Notes under the pieces: generated by a model | The model's database searches: none | Seen by the model: only the letters and a program-made list of their open reading frames with translations | What the model was told of the DNA's origin: nothing | Program-made: the position numbers and the translations under genes | Shown: positions 33,689 through 41,273 of the stretch, one piece after another | Numbering within the stretch: the stretch's first letter is position 1 | How the letters are laid out: each line of letters starts with the position of its first letter | Source: a virus | Lineage: Duplodnaviria > Caudoviricetes | Direction: 5' to 3' (one strand) | DNA length: 41,273 bases | Virus record (IMG/VR): IMGVR_UViG_3300049715_000002 | Coordinates: 1-41,273 of that record

Positions 33689-36232
33689 ATGACCGTGAAC
33701 CCCAACTATCCCGTAATCGCAGAGCGTTGGGGCCCGCTGTGGACTGCTGCGGGTGCTGCTGTTCCTCCGGACCGCTGGGTGAATCTGGTCGACCGGAACC
33801 TGACGAGTGTCAGCGCGAAGCGTGGTAAGCAGTACGAACTAGACACGGCGCAGGCGGGGGAGTACCAGGCCACCCTAGGAAGCCCTGATGGCGCCCTAGA
33901 CCCCACGAACACCGGCGGCCCGTATGCCGGGCACATCCTGCCGTATCAGCCGTACCAACGGCGTGCACAGTGGCCACCTACTCAAAACCTACTCGACTAC
34001 GTCATTGCCACCGGCGGGGAGGGTTACACCGCTGGAGCCATTCCGGCGTCGGTCGGTGTGAAGTCGACGGCGGACAGCACGGGCGGCGTGATTGCTCAGC
34101 CGGTATCCCCGCTGACTGCGTGGCAGGGAACCAACACCTTTCGCTTCAACGTACCTTCGGGCATTCTCAGCGCCACGCGCGTTTGCTACACGGACAGGGT
34201 GGCTGTCCGGCCCGGACAGACCTACACCGTTCAGCTACTGGTGCGGAACATCACGGATTCCACATCGATCAGCGTTCAGTCGATGATTGCCTTTTACGGG
34301 TCGACGCTAGGCGCAACTCCGGTCACGTGGAACTACGGCACGCCTACGACGCTCACCGGCAGCTCTACCGCGAACACGTGGACGCGCATTGCTCTGACCG
34401 TGACTGCGCCAACCAGCGTATATGGCATGAGCGTTGGCTTCAGCACGGGTGCCACGGTAGCCGCTACCTGCACGGTGGAGGTTGACGCGTGGCAGGTGGA
34501 AGCGGCCGGTAGCCCAAGCACCTGGACAGCGCCGGGAACGTGGTACCCGCTATTCACCGGATACACGGAACGTTGGCCCACTCAATGGCTTGAGGGCGGC
34601 ACATACGGTCAGGTGTCGCCCACTGGTGTCGACGCCTTCGCGCTGCTCTCTCAGGTGAAGCTAGGGGAGGTGTTCGCCGAAGAAGTCGAAAGCTACTCGC
34701 CACGCTTCGTGTACACGCTGAGCGATGCTGCCGGAGCATCGTCCGCCGCTGACTCCACCGGTGCCAACAAGGGTGCGGGCATCACCTATGCCAAGGGTGG
34801 AAACGGCAACACCACCTTCGGAAATGCTCAGACTTCCGTGAGTTCCACTGGTGGCTACATCGGCAGCAGCGAGACGGTTGTGTCCATGCGACCCGGAGCG
34901 TCCGGCGTCAATGCCAGTAGCCCCGCCGCAATGGTCGACCTGAACAGCGCTGGAATTAAGGGCCCGGTCGACAGTGGCAACGGCTTTACGCGAATGATTG
35001 CCTTCCGCTATGCCGGTGGTTCCATTCCGACTGACGGCGCGTACATCTGGCATTCGTTCTACACGAACACGCCTAATAGCCCTTCGGCGTGGCTTACGGC
35101 CGGTGTGGCGCTGTACATCGGTGGTTCTGACGGAAAGCTGCGCGCTAGCTTCAACACCATTGGTCAGACTGCGACCATCGTTCTCAACTCGAACGTCGTC
35201 GTGACTGATCAGAACTGGCACCTTGTCAGCGTCGCTGTCAGCGGCACCACGGCAACGCTCGTGCTCGATGGCGCCGTTGTGGCCACTGGCACGATCAACG
35301 TCCTTTCACTGGGTGGATGGTGGGACGTGCTCGGGGCTTTCTGGACAGCATCCACCCGCACGGCCGTGATGACATTCTACGGAGATCTCGCGTACGCGAC
35401 TGAGTTCCCGCAGGCGTTGACCACAGCGCAGATGTCACAGCTCTACTTCGCATGGAAGACCGCTTGTACTGGCGAGTCGTCAGACGCTCGTTACGGGCGC
35501 ATCCTGCGCTACGCCGGGTTCGCTGGTGCCTCGAACATCGGTATCGGTCTGACCACGTCTGTGGGCCCGGCTACCAACATCGTGGGAACCGACGCGCTGA
35601 GTGCGCTGAACGATGTGGTGACCACAGAGAACGGGAATCACTTCGTAGGTGCGGACGGATCAATTACGTTCCAGTCGCGCGGAATTCGGTACAACTCCCT
35701 TACGCCGGTCTACACGTTCGGCGACGGACCGGGGGAGTACCCCTACGAAGAGCTTCAGCTTGACTTTGACAGTACCCACCTGTCCAACGTGGTCACGGTG
35801 ACGCAGAAGTCGACTGGCACAACGTTCGTCGGGCAGAACAATGCCAGTATTGAAAGTTACTTCACTCGCACCATGACGCGGGACAACAACAGCACCAACG
35901 TTGGTGAGTGCCAGGATTCCGCGAACTACCTCGTCTCGCGGTACAGCCAGCCGCTGACCCGCGTGCAGGCAGTGAAGTTCCATCCCAGCGCGAACACGTC
36001 GCTATGGCCCGTGCTGCTCGGTCTGGAGCTGGGCACGCGCGTGCGTATCAACCGACGTCCGTTTGGTGCCCCGGAAGTCACTGTTGACTGCTTTGTTGAG
36101 CAGATTCAGTGGGACATGGATGACAAGGGCGAGGCCTGGTGCACGTTGCAGTGCAGTCCCATTGACCCCACTCCGTATGGGCAGTTCTCTGACACGCTGC
36201 CCCAGTTCGATCAGGCGGTATTCGCCTACTAG
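33689..36232 (+). CDS. Large minor tail/baseplate protein with CBM-like and LamG-like domains
   Basis: VRPGQTYTV..WTRIALTVTAP..VDAWQVE (CBM-like); VTDQNWHLVSV..LVLDG (LamG-like). Confidence 0.8.
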   Translation: MTVNPNYPVIAERWGPLWTAAGAAVPPDRWVNLVDRNLTSVSAKRGKQYELDTAQAGEYQATLGSPDGALDPTNTGGPYAGHILPYQPYQRRAQWPPTQNLLDYVIATGGEGYTAGAIPASVGVKSTADSTGGVIAQPVSPLTAWQGTNTFRFNVPSGILSATRVCYTDRVAVRPGQTYTVQLLVRNITDSTSISVQSMIAFYGSTLGATPVTWNYGTPTTLTGSSTANTWTRIALTVTAPTSVYGMSVGFSTGATVAATCTVEVDAWQVEAAGSPSTWTAPGTWYPLFTGYTERWPTQWLEGGTYGQVSPTGVDAFALLSQVKLGEVFAEEVESYSPRFVYTLSDAAGASSAADSTGANKGAGITYAKGGNGNTTFGNAQTSVSSTGGYIGSSETVVSMRPGASGVNASSPAAMVDLNSAGIKGPVDSGNGFTRMIAFRYAGGSIPTDGAYIWHSFYTNTPNSPSAWLTAGVALYIGGSDGKLRASFNTIGQTATIVLNSNVVVTDQNWHLVSVAVSGTTATLVLDGAVVATGTINVLSLGGWWDVLGAFWTASTRTAVMTFYGDLAYATEFPQALTTAQMSQLYFAWKTACTGESSDARYGRILRYAGFAGASNIGIGLTTSVGPATNIVGTDALSALNDVVTTENGNHFVGADGSITFQSRGIRYNSLTPVYTFGDGPGEYPYEELQLDFDSTHLSNVVTVTQKSTGTTFVGQNNASIESYFTRTMTRDNNSTNVGECQDSANYLVSRYSQPLTRVQAVKFHPSANTSLWPVLLGLELGTRVRINRRPFGAPEVTVDCFVEQIQWDMDDKGEAWCTLQCSPIDPTPYGQFSDTLPQFDQAVFAY

Positions 36233-36246
36233 AAGGGGGATTCCCT

Positions 36247-36786
36247 GTGGTTCTAGGTCCGCCTACTTCGTTCACAGCGGTTACAGGTGGCACGATATCG
36301 TCCGCGCTGTGGAATGCGCAGGTGCGCGACGCAAGTGCATTCTTCCAGGCTCCGCCTACATTTCAGGGCATTCAGACTGTCGCACAGAACAACCTGACTA
36401 CCAGCGTTTGGGCAACAATCACGCTGGACACCGAACTCATTGACGACTACGGCGGACACTCAACCACCACCAACACATCACGCTATACCGCACAGATAGC
36501 CGGTTGGTACGAGGTTAGCGGGTCCGTGACATGGCTTCAGAACGGCACCGGTACGCGTGGTGCACGACTTGCGGTCAATGGCACCGTAGTTCAGGGATCC
36601 GCCGTAATGATGTCCACGGCGGCTAGCACAACTGACACATCGGTACCCACGACAACGCGTGTGGTGTACCTGAACGTTGGCGACTACCTAGAAGTTCAAG
36701 GCTGGCAAAGCTCCGGCGCCGGTCTGGCCACGAAGGTTGACGCTGACCTTACTTCCTCTCTCTTCGCATGCTGGAGGCACGCGTAA
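36247..36786 (+). CDS. Minor tail protein (C1q-like beta sandwich)
   Basis: SRYTAQIAGWYEV, YLNVGDYLEV..WQSSG. Confidence 0.75.
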   Translation: MVLGPPTSFTAVTGGTISSALWNAQVRDASAFFQAPPTFQGIQTVAQNNLTTSVWATITLDTELIDDYGGHSTTTNTSRYTAQIAGWYEVSGSVTWLQNGTGTRGARLAVNGTVVQGSAVMMSTAASTTDTSVPTTTRVVYLNVGDYLEVQGWQSSGAGLATKVDADLTSSLFACWRHA

Positions 36787-37037
36787 TGTCGCAGACGAGC
36801 ACGAACACTAGCTACAGCCTCACGCTTCAGGACAACATTAACGGGCAGTTCGGCTACTTCAGTCTCTCCTCTGGCGGGGGGGCGGATGACGCCACGGTTC
36901 TAGCGCTGGCCGAGACGCTGAAGAACTTTGCTTGGGCGTCCGCAATGGGACCCATCACGATTCAGGTCTCTCGCAACGACGAGACTGACACCTTCTACAA
37001 CGGCGACCTTTCGACCAACCCGCCCACCTTCAAGTAA
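36786..37037 (+). CDS. Small tail-region protein
   Basis: TAATG coupling. Confidence 0.75.
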   Translation: MSQTSTNTSYSLTLQDNINGQFGYFSLSSGGGADDATVLALAETLKNFAWASAMGPITIQVSRNDETDTFYNGDLSTNPPTFK

Positions 37038-37038
37038 C

Positions 37039-37060
37039 CACCTACCAATTTTGGTATGTG
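37039..37060. promoter_or_regulatory. Repressor operator upstream of the lysis cassette
   Basis: CACCTACCAATTTTGGTATGTG. Confidence 0.85.
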
Positions 37061-37084
37061 GTCTGCCGACCTAGGGGATCAATC

Positions 37085-37759
37085 ATGGCCGTTCTCGGCG
37101 TAGACGTTTCCGGATATCAGCCTGTCGCATTCGATACCAAGGGACTTGCCTTCGCCTTCGTCAAGGCCACTGAGGGCACGTCCTACGTGAACCCGCGCTA
37201 TGCCGGGCAGGTTGCGCACGCTCGCGCCGCTGGCCTGGTTGTGGGTCACTACCACTTCGGCACCAGCGGGGGAGCGGCGGAAGCCGACTACTTCCTGAGC
37301 AAGGTGCAGCTTCACGGTAATGACATCCTGGCCTTTGACTGGGAGGCTTCGAGCGTTTCGCAGAGTCAGCGCGATGCGTTCATGGCTCGCGTGAAGGCTA
37401 AGGCGCCGGGTCACAAGGTGGTGCTTTACTGCAACACCGACTTTTGGAAGAACCGGGACAGCAACAACGGCGGTCCGATGGATGGCCTTTGGATCGCTGA
37501 CCCCAACAACTCTGCGGGCAAGCCGAACATCAAGCACGCATGGGTGTTCCACCAGTATTCGTGGGCCGGTGGCATTGACCACAACGTGGCGAACTTCAAG
37601 GATGCGACGGCGCTGCGCGAGTGGTGTCAGGTGCTGGTCGGCAAGCCGATTCCGGCGCCTGCCCCTAAGCCTGCCCCTGCACCCGCTCCGCTGTCGCTTG
37701 AGCAGCGCGTGAGTGCCCTTGAGGTTGCTGTGAAGGCTCTACAGGCGAAGGTGAAGTAA
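37085..37759 (+). CDS. Endolysin 1, GH25 muramidase with coiled-coil tail
   Basis: GVDVSGYQ, FVKATEG, GHYHF, FDWE, LWIA, FHQY, IDHN; PA linker; LEQRVSALE tail. Confidence 0.95.
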   Translation: MAVLGVDVSGYQPVAFDTKGLAFAFVKATEGTSYVNPRYAGQVAHARAAGLVVGHYHFGTSGGAAEADYFLSKVQLHGNDILAFDWEASSVSQSQRDAFMARVKAKAPGHKVVLYCNTDFWKNRDSNNGGPMDGLWIADPNNSAGKPNIKHAWVFHQYSWAGGIDHNVANFKDATALREWCQVLVGKPIPAPAPKPAPAPAPLSLEQRVSALEVAVKALQAKVK

Positions 37760-38316
37760 TGGCCGTTCCCGCTGACGTCGTCGGCCTCGCAGTTGGTCAG
37801 CTTGGCTACCACGAAGGCCGTGACGCTCACGGGAACTGGGACAACGTTGAAAAGTACGTCAACGATCTGCCTAGCCTTCGGCAGTACCAGGGCCAGTCAT
37901 GGTGCGCAATCTTCGTATCGTGGCTGGCCCTGAAGGCTGGCATGTCCTCAAAGTTCCCGTGCACTGCGTCTTGCTCCGATGCTGTCGCGTGGTGGCAGCA
38001 GCACAACCGCTGGGGATGGAAGCCCCAGGTAGGTGCTCAGGTGTTCTTCGGCCCTGGTGGCAGCGAGCACACAGGCGTTGTCGAGTCGTTCACTGACACT
38101 CATGTGACCGTGATTTCCGGCAACGCCAACGATGGCAACGCGCCTGCCGGTATCGGCAACAGCGTGCATCGTGACACCTACACCCGCACCAACCCGTATG
38201 TGTACGGCTACGGGTATCCCGCATACGACACGCCTTCGAACCGCTCTCTAACCATTGAGCAGCGTATTTCGGCCCTTGAGGCTGAGGTGAAGGCTCTACT
38301 AGCTAAGGTCCACTAG
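37759..38316 (+). CDS. Endolysin 2, CHAP amidase/peptidase with coiled-coil tail
   Basis: QLGYHEG, WCAIFVSW, HTGVV, ISGN, GYGYP; IEQRISALE tail. Confidence 0.92.
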   Translation: MAVPADVVGLAVGQLGYHEGRDAHGNWDNVEKYVNDLPSLRQYQGQSWCAIFVSWLALKAGMSSKFPCTASCSDAVAWWQQHNRWGWKPQVGAQVFFGPGGSEHTGVVESFTDTHVTVISGNANDGNAPAGIGNSVHRDTYTRTNPYVYGYGYPAYDTPSNRSLTIEQRISALEAEVKALLAKVH

Positions 38317-38543
38317 TGGCAGACGATTTCGGCAACGTGACCATTACCGGGCGCGAGATCTACGACGAAATCGTAGGCATGCGTGATGATGTTCGCTCGC
38401 TGGCTCAGTCCCGCAGCGATGACGCTAAGACTCTCGATGACCATGAGACGCGTCTGCGTGCCGTGGAACGGTGGCGCTACGGAATCCCGATCACGGCCAT
38501 AGCTTCGGGCGTAGCCGTCGCAACTGCGCTGGTGCATCACTAA
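38316..38543 (+). CDS. Coiled-coil protein with C-terminal membrane anchor
   Basis: DHETRLRAVERW then GIPITAIASGVAVATALV; TAGTG coupling. Confidence 0.8.
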   Translation: MADDFGNVTITGREIYDEIVGMRDDVRSLAQSRSDDAKTLDDHETRLRAVERWRYGIPITAIASGVAVATALVHH

Positions 38544-38833
38544 TGGGGCGCTTCAACGAATGGCTAGGGCTGAGGGTGACGCGCGTTGTGGGCAGCATGT
38601 ATTGCGCCTACGCCTTCGCGCTGCTCACGCTGACTTCGCTGCCAAGCAACCTGGATAGCGTCGCGCACTTCGTCCAGTGGGTTTCCACCTCGTTCCTACA
38701 GTTGGTGCTGCTGTCCGTGATTCTGGTCGGGCAGGAGATCCAGAGTAGGCAGAGCGAAGCACTATTGCGAGAGACGCATGACGCAGTATTCGAAGAGCTG
38801 AAGCTACTTAGGCATACTATGGAGGGTAAGTAA
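38543..38833 (+). CDS. Two-TM membrane protein (holin/antiholin-like)
   Basis: VGSMYCAYAFALLTL...FLQLVLLSVILVGQ; TAATG coupling. Confidence 0.75.
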   Translation: MGRFNEWLGLRVTRVVGSMYCAYAFALLTLTSLPSNLDSVAHFVQWVSTSFLQLVLLSVILVGQEIQSRQSEALLRETHDAVFEELKLLRHTMEGK

Positions 38834-39195
38834 TGGCAATTTCCGGCAAGGTAACTGCGTCCACCGTTGCAGCAGCGGGTACGACGGTTGTTGCGGGCAT
38901 TCTCGCCCCGCACGTGTTCTGGCCCTCGGTCCCCAGCGACGTGCGCGGGCTCATCGAGGCTGGCGTTACCGCTGTGATCACCTTCGCGTCCGGCTACATG
39001 GCTAAGCATGGCGTCGCCTATGAGAAGCTCATGCAGGATGCGGGCGCCGTTGCCTCCGATCTGGGTGTGCCGTTCATGGCCCTGTCTGACGCCGTAGAAG
39101 CCCCGCCGCGCAGTGACGTAGTCGCGGACCCGGCGCCGGTCGCTGAGGCTCAGCCGGTCGCTCAGGCGGTTCCGGTGGCTCAGCCGTTGGTCTAG
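38833..39195 (+). CDS. Putative holin
   Basis: ISGKVTAST, two hydrophobic segments, TFASGYMA. Confidence 0.7.
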   Translation: MAISGKVTASTVAAAGTTVVAGILAPHVFWPSVPSDVRGLIEAGVTAVITFASGYMAKHGVAYEKLMQDAGAVASDLGVPFMALSDAVEAPPRSDVVADPAPVAEAQPVAQAVPVAQPLV

Positions 39196-39210
39196 GCGTT
39201 CGACTCGCTC
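39195..39210 (+). promoter_or_regulatory. Phage-specific promoter motif
   Basis: GGCGTTCGACTCGCTC upstream of dNMP kinase. Confidence 0.7.
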
Positions 39211-39234
39211 TCTGCCCGATGGAAGGGAGAGAGC

Positions 39235-39792
39235 ATGTACAACATCGCATTTCTCGGTAAGGCGCGCTCCGGTAAGGACACTGCGGGTCAGTGGCTGGTC
39301 CGTGAGCGTGCCTACACCCGCGTGGCGTTTGCCGATCCGCTGAAGGAAATGGCGCTTCGCATTGACCCGCTGATTCCGACAGCGCTGAATGGTGCCTTTC
39401 GCGTTCACGTGCGCCTCAGTGACCTAGTGGCCGATGCGGGGTGGGAGTACTCGAAGGCCACCTATCCTGAAGTCCGGCGCACGCTTCAGCGCATCGGGCA
39501 GACCATCCGTGAGGATGATCCGGACTACTGGGTGAACGTCGCCCGGCGGAAGATCAGCGCCGCAGAGCAGTGGAACATGCCGGTAGTTGTCACTGATGTG
39601 CGCTACCCGAACGAAGCCGAAATGTTGCGCTCCCGGGGATTCCGCATGGTACGCATCGTCCGACCCGGCGCCAGCGCTGGTGAAGGTGCAGCGCACGAGA
39701 GCGAAAACCTACTGAATGACTACACAGTAGACGCAACTGTCTACAACGAAGGCTCAGTTGAGCTGCTGCACTTCCTGATTTCGCTTGTCTGA
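39235..39792 (+). CDS. Deoxynucleoside monophosphate kinase
   Basis: GKARSGKDT, FADPLK, RRTLQRIG, TDVRYPNE, HESE. Confidence 0.95.
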   Translation: MYNIAFLGKARSGKDTAGQWLVRERAYTRVAFADPLKEMALRIDPLIPTALNGAFRVHVRLSDLVADAGWEYSKATYPEVRRTLQRIGQTIREDDPDYWVNVARRKISAAEQWNMPVVVTDVRYPNEAEMLRSRGFRMVRIVRPGASAGEGAAHESENLLNDYTVDATVYNEGSVELLHFLISLV

Positions 39793-39795
39793 GAT

Positions 39796-39835
39796 GACCC
39801 CCGGCGTACCTCTAAGGTATTGCCGGGGGTCTTTT
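39796..39835 (+). terminator. Intrinsic terminator
   Basis: GACCCCCGGC...GCCGGGGGTC plus TTTT. Confidence 0.9.
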
Positions 39836-39926
39836 GCGTGCGCTCCGCTGGTACCTGACCGTGCCTTGTGTTAGATGCCACATTCACAGAAACTGAGTGC
39901 AGGCAACAAGCAAAAGGGGACAGGTT

Positions 39927-40337
39927 ATGCGCATGCGATTGGTGATCCTCAATGGTCACTCCGTAGTTGCGTTCAGCCACGAAACAGACGACCAAGCACG
40001 TACCCGATATGCGCGCATGGAATCTCACCGTGACTCACTGATCGAGTACACAGACCCGCGCGTGCGGGCACTCTTCAAGAAAATCGACGCCGCCCGGCAA
40101 GAGACGGACGCACTGAATACCGTACTTGTGTCCAGCGGGCGACACATCGTCCCTGACATCATGGCTGACTCGCTGGTTGGCTCGCTGGGCCCTCGCAGAG
40201 AAGAGCCAGGCACCCGTAACCAGCACTCACGCGAGCGGGCAACGCTGCGCATCAAGTGCGCCGGTCTGCTAGGTATCCCGCTGGTCGAGGTGGCGGACGT
40301 CATCGCGCAGCTAAGACGCAACCGGCACTTCCGCTGA
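39927..40337 (+). CDS. Hypothetical protein (C-terminus paralogous to 14152-14586)
   Basis: RBS AAGGGGA; ends RATLRIKCAGLLGIPLVEVADVIAQLRRNR. Confidence 0.75.
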   Translation: MRMRLVILNGHSVVAFSHETDDQARTRYARMESHRDSLIEYTDPRVRALFKKIDAARQETDALNTVLVSSGRHIVPDIMADSLVGSLGPRREEPGTRNQHSRERATLRIKCAGLLGIPLVEVADVIAQLRRNRHFR

Positions 40338-40348
40338 CTCATCCTTTG

Positions 40349-40385
40349 GGCCCCTGGTCTGCTCTCGCAGGCCGGGGGCCGTTTT
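40349..40385 (+). terminator. Intrinsic terminator
   Basis: GGCCCCTGGTCTGC/GCAGGCCGGGGGCC plus GTTTT. Confidence 0.75.
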
Positions 40386-40396
40386 CATGTCGTGAC

Positions 40397-40418
40397 CACA
40401 TACCAACTTTGGTAGGTG
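40397..40418. promoter_or_regulatory. Repressor operator
   Basis: CACATACCAACTTTGGTAGGTG. Confidence 0.85.
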
Positions 40419-40455
40419 AACGGGCGTTCGAGGGTTCGTCCGATCGGGTGGGTAC

Positions 40456-40509
40456 CACCTCCCAATTTTGGTAGGTGGTTTGACACGTCCCTGCGGACGG
40501 GTCTAGTGT
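40456..40509 (+). promoter_or_regulatory. Operator (40456-40477) abutting the repressor promoter
   Basis: CACCTCCCAATTTTGGTAGGTG then TTGACA(40480)-N18-TAGTGT(40504). Confidence 0.85.
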
Positions 40510-40549
40510 CTTCCTTGCAAGACAACGACAGCGACGGAGGGGCGGGGCA

Positions 40550-41273
40550 ATGAACGTTCAGCTTGGCAACGGCAAGGTTCACTACGCTGGCGAGCCGGAC
40601 GGTTTTATGCCCTCCCCGAAGTGTGGCGGGAACCGCGCAAGTGAGCGCTACGTCGTGGTGTCCGCTGAAGTCACCTGTAAGAACTGTCAGAAGATCATGG
40701 CTGACGCCGAAGGTATCAGCGCCGAAGACCTGACGCGTGCCGCTGAAGCACTCACCAACAAGGGAGAGATCACCGTGAGCGAGCAGACCGAAGAGCGCCC
40801 CGCTGAGCTGGACACCGTCGAGCAGATTCAGGCGAACATCGAGCGCGCCGCTTCGCTGGCTGAGGCTGAGAACGTCGACGGACTGAAGGAGCTGGGGGAC
40901 GAGACTGAGACGCTGATCAGCGGTCTGCCGCAGCGTGGCCGCATCCTGCTGCCGGGTCGCGAAAAGGAAGTCACCTGGGCACAGGCGAAGAAGGATTTCC
41001 GTGGCGAGTGGCGTCAGGTGGCGCAGCCGAAGCCGCAGGCCGAGCCGAAGGCGGGGAAGGCTGTCGCGAAGACCCCGGCTGAAGGCACCGTGGCACCGAA
41101 GACGTACGACCAGTACGAGGGTGTTCAGGCGCTGGTGGACGCTGGCGCAAAGCAGGTGTCCGAAGGCATCAAGGCGCACATCAAGACTTCGCACCTCGCG
41201 AAGGATGTTGCCCGCACCGTGTTTGAGATGTGGCTTCGCATCCCCAACAAGGATGACGTCCCTGACCTGACGG
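40550..41273 (+). CDS. Immunity repressor, 5' part (continues at 1-773)
   Basis: ATG 40550 with GGAGGGG RBS; open to the window end; internal in-frame GTG 40775 with AAGGGAGA RBS. Confidence 0.7.
   Translation, partial: MNVQLGNGKVHYAGEPDGFMPSPKCGGNRASERYVVVSAEVTCKNCQKIMADAEGISAEDLTRAAEALTNKGEITVSEQTEERPAELDTVEQIQANIERAASLAEAENVDGLKELGDETETLISGLPQRGRILLPGREKEVTWAQAKKDFRGEWRQVAQPKPQAEPKAGKAVAKTPAEGTVAPKTYDQYEGVQALVDAGAKQVSEGIKAHIKTSHLAKDVARTVFEMWLRIPNKDDVPDLT
41067..41273. repeat. End overlap, copy 2
   Basis: Matches 1-207. Confidence 0.97.

Noticed and set aside
38231-38246. Extra promoter-motif copy CGCCTTCGAACCGCTC (also partial at 40423)
   Set aside because: Mismatches in the otherwise invariant GGCG; may be chance, so not counted
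5192-40477. Operator repeats plus a Cas4-like nuclease as a CRISPR system
   Set aside because: Repeats are dispersed at gene junctions with no spacer array, and the nuclease is a stand-alone phage exonuclease
41067-41273. True direct terminal repeat
   Set aside because: Falls mid-gene, and the HNH/P27 terS/HK97 module implies cos packaging near 20680, so it is an assembly overlap

Overview
The window is the complete, circularly permuted genome (about 41.07 kb, plus a 207-bp end overlap 1-207 = 41067-41273) of a temperate, phiC31/phiBT1-like siphovirus of Streptomyces or a close relative. All credible genes are on the + strand. Gene order: repressor (crossing the window ends); early region (PD-(D/E)XK exonuclease, phiC31-gp3-type RDF, HNH nucleases, P4-type primase-helicase, family A DNA polymerase, sigma-like activator, ThyX, dCMP deaminase); intact attP and large serine integrase; six-tRNA cluster; HNH/cos/terminase; HK97-type head; tail; lysis cassette; dNMP kinase. 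Three dispersed regulatory repeat families are visible: a 22-bp inverted-repeat operator CAC[C/A]TACC-N6-GGTANGTG at 16 loci, a 16-bp motif GGCGTTCGA[A/C][C/T]CGCTC (8 copies, likely phage-specific promoter), and a duplicated ~114-bp origin-like element. The most interesting unexplained signals are (1) two different endolysins (GH25 and CHAP) and a membrane-anchored small protein, translationally coupled and sharing an R-h-x-x-h-E coiled-coil motif, suggesting a multi-subunit lysin, and (2) several highly structured non-tRNA RNAs inside the tRNA array and at transcript starts. Homology calls come from motif recognition and memory, not from database searches.
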